From positions 64,001 to 128,000 of the IMG/VR virus record IMGVR_UViG_3300030616_000017: a stretch of DNA of 64,000 bases, one strand, 5' to 3'. The notes below the pieces were generated by a model. That model saw only the letters and a list, made by a program, of their open reading frames with translations. It was not told where the DNA came from and searched no databases. Numbering within the stretch: the stretch's first letter is position 1; each line of letters opens with the position of its first letter. Made by a program: the position numbers and the translations under genes. Shown piece after piece: positions 28,751-36,900 of this stretch. The stretch comes from a virus.

Positions 28751-30694
28751 ATGATTTCCACTCTACGTCTTTTTAATGGTATTATTATTCCCAACAAAGA
28801 AGTTCCTGAAGATACTAATTCAGTAATATGGCCTCATGAAAAGTCTTACGAACAGCTTACTAAAGAAACTCTCAAGAAAGGATACATTGTTGATAAGGCT
28901 ATCTATTTTAATCTTACTCCTGAAGGCTTAAAAGACTTTAACAAGGCTATGAAAGAAAAGCTTACTTTTCATCGAGATTGGAATAATAGCTTTTATAAGT
29001 CTTGGAATAAACTGGAAACTCTTTCAGATTTTGAATTGCGTTTAGACCAGCTTTTTCATTACTTTACTACGTATGGAGCCGAAGCTCTTGGAATAAAAGA
29101 TTCTTTTGTTTACCTCCCTAAAGGCAATACTTTTATGCCCCCTGTAAGTGAAGATTTTTCTTTTCTTTATATTCGTGGATTTGAAAGAGAAGAAATTCAG
29201 GAAAAGATTGTAGCTATGGTTGGTTCTGGAATTGCTCTAAAAGAAGAAACCATTGAAGATCTTCTTACTATTGTTATGGAATTTTCAAAGAAGCACATTT
29301 TCGACATCTTCTCTGTTTGCAAGAACAAGGAAGTGAAGGTTCGATTAGCAGAGTTATATGATTTTATTCCTAAAAATGTAGGAGAATTTCTTAGATACGT
29401 TATTTACAAGAATACAGGGAAGTCTCTTGTTATTAAGAATAAAGCTACAATTGACGCTATAAAGATAGGGAGAGATAGAAAAACTCCTTCTTATTTCTAT
29501 GCGTATAGAGATGCTTATGGGCTTGAAAGTCTTGCTAAAAACTTTTATCGGTATAAGCCTCTTCTTCTTGCTTTTCGGTCTGCATTCCCTGAACTAAAGC
29601 CACTGATTAATCAAGTAAGAAAACTTGCTGTAAAGTTCCATGAACCTATGAAAGAAGATTTTCTTAATACTGTTACCAAAAAAATCAAACAGAATGCTGT
29701 TCTTAATCTCACCACTTTAGAACAAGAACTCTTTAAGGCAAACACCTTTAGAAAAGTACGGTTGCTATATGCTCTTCAGAATCTGGAAAGCCAAACTGAA
29801 GATAAAATCTATAATATTCGGAACGGTAAACAGTATGTAACGAAAGCAAGTATGCCTCGATTTAAAAAAGAGGATGTTGCTTTTTTAGCTGATAAGGTCT
29901 ATTCTCATATTGTTGAAGATATTAAACCAAATGTAGAAGGTAAGACAGTTTTGGTTCATCCAAGACTTGCATATGCTCTTCCTTCTTCAGAAAAGAATTT
30001 TATAGGAAACTACCCTGTCAAGAGTAAGGTAGAATTCAACAGTACAAGAGACCTGATTATTGGTGTTCACTGGAAAAATCAAAAAAATAGAGTAGATCTA
30101 GATCTTTCTCTTCTTAGTCTTGATGGAACCAAGTTTGGATGGAATGGTCGTTATAGGGATGAAGGAATTCTTTTTTCAGGCGATGTGACTGATGCTCCTG
30201 GAGCAGGAGCTTCTGAGTTTTATTATTTCAAAGGTGTTAAAGACGGGATGTATTCAGTAGTTTTGAATTATTACAATTCTTATGGGGTAGAAGAAGAATG
30301 CCCTTTTGATATAATTATTGGGGCTTTTGATGGACAAGATATTAATAGGAATTTTATGTTACGCCCTGAAAATATTGTTTTTCAAGCCTCCTCATCTATC
30401 GGCCCTGAACAGATTAATCTGGGAATGGTGGTTATAGAGGGAGACAAAAAAGTATTTAGTATGATAGAGGGAAAGAGAGCTCGTGCTTCAGTGTCTGCTA
30501 ACGATGAACTCAATGCTGTATATTTGAATGCACTTAAATCTGAAACTGAAAATATTATATTTCTAACAGATGTGCTTACTGATGCTGGAGCTGTAGTAGT
30601 AGAAGATCGAGAAGATTCAGTTATTGATTTTGATCTTACTCCTACCTATATTCAGAAAGATACCATTATGTCAATGTTTACAAAGGAGAGGTAA
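28751..30694 (+). CDS. large helical protein with C-terminal TerD-like domain (possible TROVE/Ro-like)
   Basis: RBS AAGGAG and ATG at 28751; W..DLDLS..W..FSGD..GASEF TerD-like motif. The TROVE fold is inference. Confidence 0.6.
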   Translation: MISTLRLFNGIIIPNKEVPEDTNSVIWPHEKSYEQLTKETLKKGYIVDKAIYFNLTPEGLKDFNKAMKEKLTFHRDWNNSFYKSWNKLETLSDFELRLDQLFHYFTTYGAEALGIKDSFVYLPKGNTFMPPVSEDFSFLYIRGFEREEIQEKIVAMVGSGIALKEETIEDLLTIVMEFSKKHIFDIFSVCKNKEVKVRLAELYDFIPKNVGEFLRYVIYKNTGKSLVIKNKATIDAIKIGRDRKTPSYFYAYRDAYGLESLAKNFYRYKPLLLAFRSAFPELKPLINQVRKLAVKFHEPMKEDFLNTVTKKIKQNAVLNLTTLEQELFKANTFRKVRLLYALQNLESQTEDKIYNIRNGKQYVTKASMPRFKKEDVAFLADKVYSHIVEDIKPNVEGKTVLVHPRLAYALPSSEKNFIGNYPVKSKVEFNSTRDLIIGVHWKNQKNRVDLDLSLLSLDGTKFGWNGRYRDEGILFSGDVTDAPGAGASEFYYFKGVKDGMYSVVLNYYNSYGVEEECPFDIIIGAFDGQDINRNFMLRPENIVFQASSSIGPEQINLGMVVIEGDKKVFSMIEGKRARASVSANDELNAVYLNALKSETENIIFLTDVLTDAGAVVVEDREDSVIDFDLTPTYIQKDTIMSMFTKER

Positions 30695-30695
30695 A

Positions 30696-31808
30696 ATGAG
30701 AGACCTTGCTTATATTGCTAAAATTGAAAAGCTTGAACCCATTAAAGATAAGGATAGAATTGAACTCGCCACAGTAGCTAATTGGGAAGTAATTGTAGGA
30801 AAAGGAGAATATAAGGTTGGAGACCTTGTGGTGTATGTTGAGTATGATACTGTTCTTCCTGTCAAGCCCGAATTCGAGTTTCTAAGAAAAAGATGTTATT
30901 CAAAACTTTATGACGGGTTTAGAATTCGTAATATGTCAATGGCTGGTGTATTTTCTCAAGGAATTGTGTTTCCTCTCTCTATTCTCCCAAAGAGTGTTAA
31001 GATTGAGGAGGGAAGAAATGTTGCTAAAGAACTAGAAATTGTTCGATATGATCCAGAAGAGATACGAGAAAATAGAATGATTCATAATTCCAAGCCTAAA
31101 AATCCTCTTATGAGATTTAAGTGGTTTAGAAAACTTCGGAATAAATATTTTGGTAAAACTTCCTCTTATCCTTCTACAGTAAAGAAATCTGATGAAACAA
31201 ATATTCAGAAGCTTTTCAACGCGTACAAAGAAAATTATAATGATGTGAAGTTTTATGCTACGGAAAAAGTAGAAGGACAAGCAGCAACCTATGTGCTTAA
31301 ACGAGGTCGCTTTCACGTTTACTCCCACAATAAGAGTGTGCGGAACGATGGAAAAAACAATTGGTCAGCAACTGCTAAACTGTATGACATTGAAAAGAAG
31401 CTGCGTCAGTATAAAAGAAAACACGGAGTAGAGCTTGCAATCCAAGGAGAAATTGCGGGGCCGGGAATTCAAAAGAATATCTATGGGTTTGATACATTTA
31501 GATTTTTCGTATATAAAATCACTAATGTGAAAACAGGTGAAGCGTACAACTTCGTGGATTTAGTTAATCTTATTGTAAAGTTAGATCTATTTCTTTGTCC
31601 TCTTGTTTATACATCTATATATCTTAATGCGTTTGAAACCGTACAGGAAATTCTTGAGCATAGTAATGGAGATAGTGTATTAAGAAAGGATAAGAAGATT
31701 CCAAGAGAAGGGCTTGTATGGAGAGCTGTAGAAGATCAAAATATAGGGTTTAAAGCTAAGAGTCCGGTATACCTTGCAGCTTGGGATAAAAAAGATAAAA
31801 CTGAATAA
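30696..31808 (+). CDS. ATP-dependent RNA ligase, DRB0094 family
   Basis: N-terminal DRIELATV..W..GDLVVY..D; TEKVEG, QGEIAGPGIQKN, REGLV, FKAKS. Confidence 0.9.
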   Translation: MRDLAYIAKIEKLEPIKDKDRIELATVANWEVIVGKGEYKVGDLVVYVEYDTVLPVKPEFEFLRKRCYSKLYDGFRIRNMSMAGVFSQGIVFPLSILPKSVKIEEGRNVAKELEIVRYDPEEIRENRMIHNSKPKNPLMRFKWFRKLRNKYFGKTSSYPSTVKKSDETNIQKLFNAYKENYNDVKFYATEKVEGQAATYVLKRGRFHVYSHNKSVRNDGKNNWSATAKLYDIEKKLRQYKRKHGVELAIQGEIAGPGIQKNIYGFDTFRFFVYKITNVKTGEAYNFVDLVNLIVKLDLFLCPLVYTSIYLNAFETVQEILEHSNGDSVLRKDKKIPREGLVWRAVEDQNIGFKAKSPVYLAAWDKKDKTE

Positions 31809-31874
31809 AATTACTTGATTTTTTTCAAATTAGCTGTTATATTATAATCTGTAACCAAAATGAAGGAGTTTAAA

Positions 31875-32381
31875 ATGAAAAAACTACTGCTTGTAATTAT
31901 GTTGTTTCTTTTTACCACGTCTTTTACTTTTGCAGGTAAAGCTATCAATACTGAGTTAACTAAGTTTACTTATGAGACTTGTCAGGCACATAATGTCCCT
32001 TTTGATATTGTTATTGCAATAGGGATAGTAGAAAGCGATTGGAGAAATCTTAAATCATATAGATCCAATTCTAATGGTTCTTATGATGTGGGAATCTTTC
32101 AATTGAATAGCCGTTATACTGATTATTATGAAAGAACATTTTGGTATAAAGAGGAGGATTTTAATCCTTGGAATGAATATCATAATGTAGAAATGGCTGT
32201 TATGTATTTGGAACATCTTTACAGTTATACGAAAAATTGGGAGGATGCTGTTAAAGCGTATAATACTGGTCTTCATGGTTTGAAAAAGTATCCTGAAACC
32301 GCTATGGCGTATTTAGCTAAAGTAGCTAATGCATTAAATCGAATTCAGGTGTTTACAGAGGATTATATTTATTATGATTGA
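31875..32381 (+). CDS. lytic transglycosylase (SLT)
   Basis: Signal peptide; VES, DVGIFQLN, AYNTG. Confidence 0.88.
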   Translation: MKKLLLVIMLFLFTTSFTFAGKAINTELTKFTYETCQAHNVPFDIVIAIGIVESDWRNLKSYRSNSNGSYDVGIFQLNSRYTDYYERTFWYKEEDFNPWNEYHNVEMAVMYLEHLYSYTKNWEDAVKAYNTGLHGLKKYPETAMAYLAKVANALNRIQVFTEDYIYYD

Positions 32382-32435
32382 ATCCATTATTAAAAAGAAA
32401 TAGATTGAAGTAACTGTTAAAGAAGGAGAAGAATA

Positions 32436-32633
32436 ATGAAAAGAGTTTGGTATAAACCTGAAGATAAACTTCCAGAGGATGGGGTTACAGTTATAGCAGA
32501 ATTATGCTGTGGGTTTGAACCAGATGAGCTTTTTGAACTTTATTATGACTCCAAAAAAGATGCTTGGTTTGATCCGGAAGACGGTCAAGAAGTTGTGAAT
32601 AAAGTACTAAAATGGAGCCACACTTCTTACTAA
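32436..32633 (+). CDS. small DUF551-like protein
   Basis: W..PEDKLPE...V..W pattern; RBS. Confidence 0.5.
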   Translation: MKRVWYKPEDKLPEDGVTVIAELCCGFEPDELFELYYDSKKDAWFDPEDGQEVVNKVLKWSHTSY

Positions 32634-32656
32634 TATAAATACACGAGAGGTTATTT

Positions 32657-32827
32657 ATGGGAAAAAGTATTAGCAAAAACGCTCGCCGTAGTGGAGAAGA
32701 TATATTAATTTCACGCTGGGGAGGAGAGATAAAGATGAAAACCATCTTTGAAAACGGCAAGATGAGACATGTTGCTGTATGTCAAAAAACAGGTAATGCA
32801 GCAAGAAAGCCAAAGGATTTGATGTAA
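32657..32827 (+). CDS. 56-aa basic protein (absent from the ORF track)
   Basis: GAGG RBS and ACTAATA motif upstream; MGKSISKNARRSGED...ARKPKDLM. Confidence 0.7.
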   Translation: MGKSISKNARRSGEDILISRWGGEIKMKTIFENGKMRHVAVCQKTGNAARKPKDLM

Positions 32828-32835
32828 TAGGTTTT

Positions 32836-32908
32836 TGAGGTATAGCTCAGTTGGCAGAGCGCTTGACTGTTAATCAAGATGTCGCAGGTTCAAGTCCTGC
32901 TACCTCAG
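32836..32908 (+). tRNA. tRNA-Asn(GTT)
   Basis: CTTGA-CTGTTAA-TCAAG. Confidence 0.95.
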
Positions 32909-32926
32909 ATATTTTAACAGAAAATT

Positions 32927-33017
32927 GGAAGGGTGACCGAGTCTGGCTTATGGTGATGCCCTGCTAAGGCATTGGGGGAAATAATTTCTTCTGAAGGTTC
33001 AAATCCTTCTCCTTCCG
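32927..33017 (+). tRNA. tRNA-Ser(GCT)
   Basis: ATGCC-CTGCTAA-GGCAT; long variable arm; G73. Confidence 0.92.
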
Positions 33018-33024
33018 TTTTTAC

Positions 33025-33096
33025 GCCTCTCTAGCTCAACGGTAGAGCAACGCTCTTGTAAAGCGTAGGTTATCTGTTCGAATCAGATGAGGGGCT
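33025..33096 (+). tRNA. tRNA-Thr(TGT)
   Basis: ACGCT-CTTGTAA-AGCGT. Confidence 0.93.
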
Positions 33097-33098
33097 AT

Positions 33099-33172
33099 GT
33101 GGCTGTAGCTCAGTAGGCTAGAGCGTCTGTCTGTGGAACAGAAGGCCGAGGGTTCAATTCTCTCCAGCCACC
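33099..33172 (+). tRNA. tRNA-His(GTG)
   Basis: TCTGT-CTGTGGA-ACAGA; C73; T rather than G at position -1. Confidence 0.92.
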
Positions 33173-33177
33173 TTTAT

Positions 33178-33250
33178 AGGTCTGTAATTCAATTGGCAGA
33201 ATACTGGTCTCCAAATCCAAAAGTTGAGGGTTCGATTCCTTCCGGGCCTG
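33178..33250 (+). tRNA. tRNA-Trp(CCA)
   Basis: CTCCAAA loop; imperfect anticodon stem. Confidence 0.88.
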
Positions 33251-33258
33251 TATATTAT

Positions 33259-33339
33259 AGAGTCTAGCGCTAAGGTAGCAAACTGGACTTGAAATCCAGG
33301 CCATGTGTATGCATGAGGGTTCGATTCCTTTAGGCTCTG
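33259..33339 (+). tRNA. tRNA-Ser(TGA), atypical D-arm
   Basis: CTGGA-CTTGAAA-TCCAG; variable arm CATG/CATG; G73. Confidence 0.8.
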
Positions 33340-33410
33340 TATAGTAAAAGGAGTAAAAGAATGAAAAGGAGAGCTGTTTTCTAACTACTTAAATAAAGGA
33401 GTTAGAAGCA

Positions 33411-33731
33411 ATGAGTAAAACGTATCGTAAGGTTATTAGTTTTAACGACGGCCAAACATCAGGAACTAAATGGGCTCAAAGACAAGCTAATAAGAAAGTT
33501 AGAAGAACTAAAGACGTTCCAAATGGTAGAGCTTATAAAAAGCTTTATGATAGTTGGAATATTAGAGACTTCAAAAGCAATTTCTACACAGAAAGAGAAG
33601 CAAGAGAGTATATAGAAGATTCTTGGTTTAGTACTTGGAAGGGGGATTTCCACAAAGTATGGAAGTATAAAGGCTTTCAAAAGAAAAAGCTTTTTTCCAG
33701 AACTTCTATACGTAAGCTTGAAAACGAATGA
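33411..33731 (+). CDS. hypothetical basic protein
   Basis: RBS AAGGAG lies within a hairpin. Confidence 0.65.
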   Translation: MSKTYRKVISFNDGQTSGTKWAQRQANKKVRRTKDVPNGRAYKKLYDSWNIRDFKSNFYTEREAREYIEDSWFSTWKGDFHKVWKYKGFQKKKLFSRTSIRKLENE

Positions 33732-33752
33732 GTTTTTGATTATATTATAATT

Positions 33753-33897
33753 GTAAGTTCAGTCAACCAACAGGGGGTCATGTCCTTGTAGAAGGTGTTA
33801 CTGAAATATACGTGACGACGAAAGTAGATGCTGCAGAATCAAAATCTTTGGCGGTATTTTGGTAGAGGAGGACTTTTAATCCTCCTCCTGAACTTAC
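33753..33897 (+). ncRNA. unknown structured ncRNA
   Basis: 10-bp closing stem GTAAGTTCAG/CTGAACTTAC, several internal helices, promoter at 33718-33749. Confidence 0.7.
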
Positions 33898-33907
33898 TTT
33901 TTATTAT

Positions 33908-33981
33908 GGGGTTGCATGTACCAAGGCTGGCGATTTTCCTTTGCAAGGAAGATGAGCTCGGTTCAATTCCGAGGGGCTCCA
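33908..33981 (+). tRNA. tRNA-Ala(TGC), atypical D-arm
   Basis: TTTCC-TTTGCAA-GGAAG; G3:U70; A73. Confidence 0.75.
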
Positions 33982-33987
33982 CTTTTT

Positions 33988-34062
33988 CCCTCCATACCCA
34001 AGTTGGTTTAAGGGAACGGATTGCAAACCCGTTATTCGCAAGTTCGAATCTTGCTGGGGGGT
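33988..34062 (+). tRNA. tRNA-Cys(GCA)
   Basis: ACGGA-TTGCAAA-CCCGT; U73. Confidence 0.9.
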
Positions 34063-34081
34063 TTAGAAAAAGGAGAAATAA

Positions 34082-34795
34082 ATGAGTGTATTTGTATGTG
34101 GTGATACGCATCATGATTATGACATAGAGAAATTAAGTATAGAAAGATGGCCCGAACAAGAACAACTTACACTTGATGACTTTCTTATTCAGCTTGGCGA
34201 TTTTGGTGTGCCTTGGAGCAATGATAGAGAAAACCCCTCTGATTTGAGAATGTTTCAATGGTGGGCAAGTAGACCTTGGACTACTTTAGTTATCCCAGGA
34301 AACCATGAGAATTATGATCGTCTTGCTTTATATCCGGAAATAGAGATGTTTGGAGGCCCAGTGCAAAGAATGGCCAATAATGTTTATATTCTTCAAAGAG
34401 GGTATGTATATGAAGTAGATGGTAAAAAAATATTTGCAATGAGCGGAGGGTTTTCAATCGATAAGGATTGGAGAACAGAGTTTGTTAGTTGGTGGAGTCA
34501 AGAAATGCCAACATATCAGGAAATTCTTGATGCAAGAAAAAGATTAGAAGAAGCAGGTTGTGATGTTGATTATGTTCTTACTCACACCTGCTCTAATATT
34601 ACATTTGAAAAACTTTTTCTTCAGATTGATCTTATGCCTGAAAAAAATAAAAGAAATCCTCTAAGGCATTTTCTCGATTGGGTAGAAGAAAATGTAAAGT
34701 TTAAGGAATGGCATTTTGGTCATTTCCATGACGATGTACAGGTAGATGAAAAGCATTTTCTTCATTACAATAAACCGCCTGTACGGTTAATATAA
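34082..34795 (+). CDS. calcineurin-like metallophosphoesterase
   Basis: GDTH, GDFG, GNHE, THT, GHFH. Confidence 0.9.
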   Translation: MSVFVCGDTHHDYDIEKLSIERWPEQEQLTLDDFLIQLGDFGVPWSNDRENPSDLRMFQWWASRPWTTLVIPGNHENYDRLALYPEIEMFGGPVQRMANNVYILQRGYVYEVDGKKIFAMSGGFSIDKDWRTEFVSWWSQEMPTYQEILDARKRLEEAGCDVDYVLTHTCSNITFEKLFLQIDLMPEKNKRNPLRHFLDWVEENVKFKEWHFGHFHDDVQVDEKHFLHYNKPPVRLI

Positions 34796-34804
34796 AAAGT
34801 ATAT

Positions 34805-34878
34805 GCCCCGGTAGACCAATTGGAAGAGTTAGCAGATTTAGAATCTGTACAGTGTGAGTTCAAATCTCACTCGGGGCA
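34805..34878 (+). tRNA. tRNA-Leu(TAG), short variable arm
   Basis: GCAGA-TTTAGAA-TCTGT; A73. Confidence 0.88.
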
Positions 34879-34910
34879 ATATCTGAAAAATAAAGGAGAA
34901 AAAAAAATAA

Positions 34911-35510
34911 ATGATTGATCCTCCAAAAAAGGAATATCGAGGAAAACTACCCGATGGACAAGTTAAGACTTATTTAGCGTGCTTGCGGCACATAGAAAGT
35001 GGAGTATGGTTTTCGAAAATAGGGACGACAAGCGACCAAGATGCAGAAGATCGTTTAACGTATTGGGGTCTATACCCTGATAGAAAAGGGTACTTAGAAT
35101 TTACAGATATAAAAATTATCTGGTCTATAAAATTCACAAAAAGATATTGGGCAGAAGCTCTGGAGCAACTCTATTTAGGCCTCTCCCCAAAAATTAATAT
35201 TGCAGCCATAGCTAACGAAGTCGGTAAGTGTAATATAGAACATGATAGATATGGACCTGGATATCTTAATGGATATAGCGAGTTTAGGTATCTTAGTGAA
35301 GAAGAGCTAAAGGATGCACGAGATACAGGGTATGCGATAAAACAACGTATGTTTGGAATAAAGGAAGTAGGAGATCAAGAGAGGGAGAAAGTAGTCAGTG
35401 GTGAGGAAGCGCAAAGAATAATGAAAGTATTACAAGACTATGATGTTCATTCGATTGAAGCTTTACACAGCCGTATTAATACGCATTATCCTCGCCGTTG
35501 GTATCACTAA
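34911..35510 (+). CDS. GIY-YIG/T5orf172-like protein (possible homing endonuclease)
   Basis: TYL...FSKIGTT..R..E pattern; free-standing in the tRNA cluster. Confidence 0.45.
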   Translation: MIDPPKKEYRGKLPDGQVKTYLACLRHIESGVWFSKIGTTSDQDAEDRLTYWGLYPDRKGYLEFTDIKIIWSIKFTKRYWAEALEQLYLGLSPKINIAAIANEVGKCNIEHDRYGPGYLNGYSEFRYLSEEELKDARDTGYAIKQRMFGIKEVGDQEREKVVSGEEAQRIMKVLQDYDVHSIEALHSRINTHYPRRWYH

Positions 35511-35517
35511 TATAAAT

Positions 35518-35602
35518 AGCGGGGTAGAGTAGAGGTCAAACTCGGTGGTCTCATAAGCCACTGCACGAAAGTGCTCGTTGGGTTCAATTCCCACCCCCGT
35601 TA
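35518..35602 (+). tRNA. tRNA-Met(CAT), initiator-like, long variable arm
   Basis: AGCGGGG acceptor; A11:U24; GTGGT-CTCATAA-GCCAC; GCAC-GAAA-GTGC arm. Confidence 0.8.
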
Positions 35603-35619
35603 TACCTTTTTATATCAAT

Positions 35620-35694
35620 GCGCCTGTGGTGTTTAACGGATTAGCATGACAGCCTTCCAAGCTGACGGTACGGGTTCGAATCCCGTCAGGCGCT
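35620..35694 (+). tRNA. tRNA-Gly(TCC)
   Basis: CAGC-CTTCCAA-GCTG; U73. Confidence 0.93.
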
Positions 35695-35703
35695 CTTATA
35701 ATA

Positions 35704-35794
35704 AGGAGATGATCTTCACGGGGGACTGTAAATCCCTTCTGCGTTAACAATTGTGAAGTGGCTGCAGGGTTGGGTTCGATTCCCTCATCTCCCA
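35704..35794 (+). tRNA. tRNA-Tyr(GTA) lacking a D-arm
   Basis: GGAGAT/ATCTCC acceptor; GGGGA-CTGTAAA-TCCCT; GGG-TTCGATT-CCC; only ~9 nt in the D region. Confidence 0.72.
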
Positions 35795-35905
35795 TTTTTT
35801 TTGAAAAAGTTTAATTTTTACTTGAATTTTAGAAAAAACTTCGTTATATTATAAATATGAATAAGATAATAAGAGGGAGTAAGGAATCGGTTAACTTAAA
35901 CATTT

Positions 35906-35976
35906 AGGGGTATCGTCTAACGGTAAGACGCAGGGTTTTGGTCCCTGAGATAGGAGTTCGATTCTTCTTACCCCTA
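35906..35976 (+). tRNA. tRNA-Gln(TTG)
   Basis: CAGGG-TTTTGGT-CCCTG. Confidence 0.92.
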
Positions 35977-35982
35977 TACTAT

Positions 35983-36056
35983 CTAGATGTGGTGTTTAAC
36001 GGTAGCACGCCTGGTTTGGGACCAGGATGGTGGAGGTTCAAATCCTTCCATCTAGA
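35983..36056 (+). tRNA. tRNA-Pro(TGG)
   Basis: CCTGG-TTTGGGA-CCAGG; C1-G72. Confidence 0.92.
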
Positions 36057-36084
36057 CTTTTTAAAAAACTTAAAGGAGCTTAAA

Positions 36085-36486
36085 ATGAAAGAAACTGAAA
36101 TGACTTTACCAATCGAATCAGTAGCAGCACTGTGGAGAGTTTCCTGTAAGACTCTCAGAGACCATTATCCTAACTCTTGTTGTGGAGAGCGTTTTGCTTA
36201 CAACACATACGAGAGAGAGGAGAAAAAGAAAAGAGACGGGTATTTTTGCGAACGAAAACATCTCGCTCTTTACTTGCAGGAAATAGGCTACGAAGAACGA
36301 GCATCATACTACAAAATTGAGCGCATTTATGATACGCGAGTATGCGGTAAGAAGATGATTCACGTTGAAGACGCAAAAGAAGCTGTAGAGCATCTTGCTG
36401 GGTTTTTCTACCCCGCTAAGGAAGTGCCGAATGCTGTTACTGAGTTTGTAAAAAGAGAGAAGGACGGGTATTATGAAGCAACCTGA
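36085..36486 (+). CDS. hypothetical protein
   Basis: RBS AAGGAG; start trimmed to exclude the tRNAs. Confidence 0.6.
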   Translation: MKETEMTLPIESVAALWRVSCKTLRDHYPNSCCGERFAYNTYEREEKKKRDGYFCERKHLALYLQEIGYEERASYYKIERIYDTRVCGKKMIHVEDAKEAVEHLAGFFYPAKEVPNAVTEFVKREKDGYYEAT

Positions 36487-36883
36487 TGTGCTGGTGATAT
36501 CAGATAGAAAAGGGGGATTTCTGCAAGTTGATTCTTATGAAACTTTTAAGCAGTCAATCCTGATTCAGTATGGGAACGGAGCATGGAAGGAGATGCTATC
36601 TGAATGGTATAAATCGCTATTGTTCCACCAGCGTTATGCCCATATTGAAAAAGAGCTAAAGGAGATGGGAGCAATCGTAGGATCAAAAAACGATCCTTCT
36701 TTTGCAGATGCTCTTGACAATTCTGTTATCTTTATTCGTTCACAAGTTGTGAGAGAATACGGAAACGGATATGTAGTTATTCTAGAAAGCGCTATGAATG
36801 TGAGATGGGAACAATTACGTACAGCTCTCAACGAAGGAGAGACAGAAAAGGTAAAAGAGTTTTTTGAAAAGAATCTATTTTGA
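36473..36883 (+). CDS. hypothetical protein
   Basis: Coupled ORF followed by a terminator. Confidence 0.6.
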   Translation: MKQPDVLVISDRKGGFLQVDSYETFKQSILIQYGNGAWKEMLSEWYKSLLFHQRYAHIEKELKEMGAIVGSKNDPSFADALDNSVIFIRSQVVREYGNGYVVILESAMNVRWEQLRTALNEGETEKVKEFFEKNLF

Positions 36884-36900
36884 AGCGTCTAATTAGCCAT

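Noticed and set aside
33908-33981. Second tRNA-Cys (GCA) reading
   Set aside because: The 7-nt loop centres on TGC, and G3:U70 with A73 indicates Ala.
27874-36056. Suppressor tRNA or stop-codon reassignment
   Set aside because: No full tRNA has a CTA, TTA or TCA anticodon, and conserved genes are intact in the standard code.
33110-36084. ORFs 33110-33304, 33828-34085, 33839-34114, 35610-35795 and the 5' part of 35938-36486
   Set aside because: Shadow frames over tRNA or ncRNA genes.
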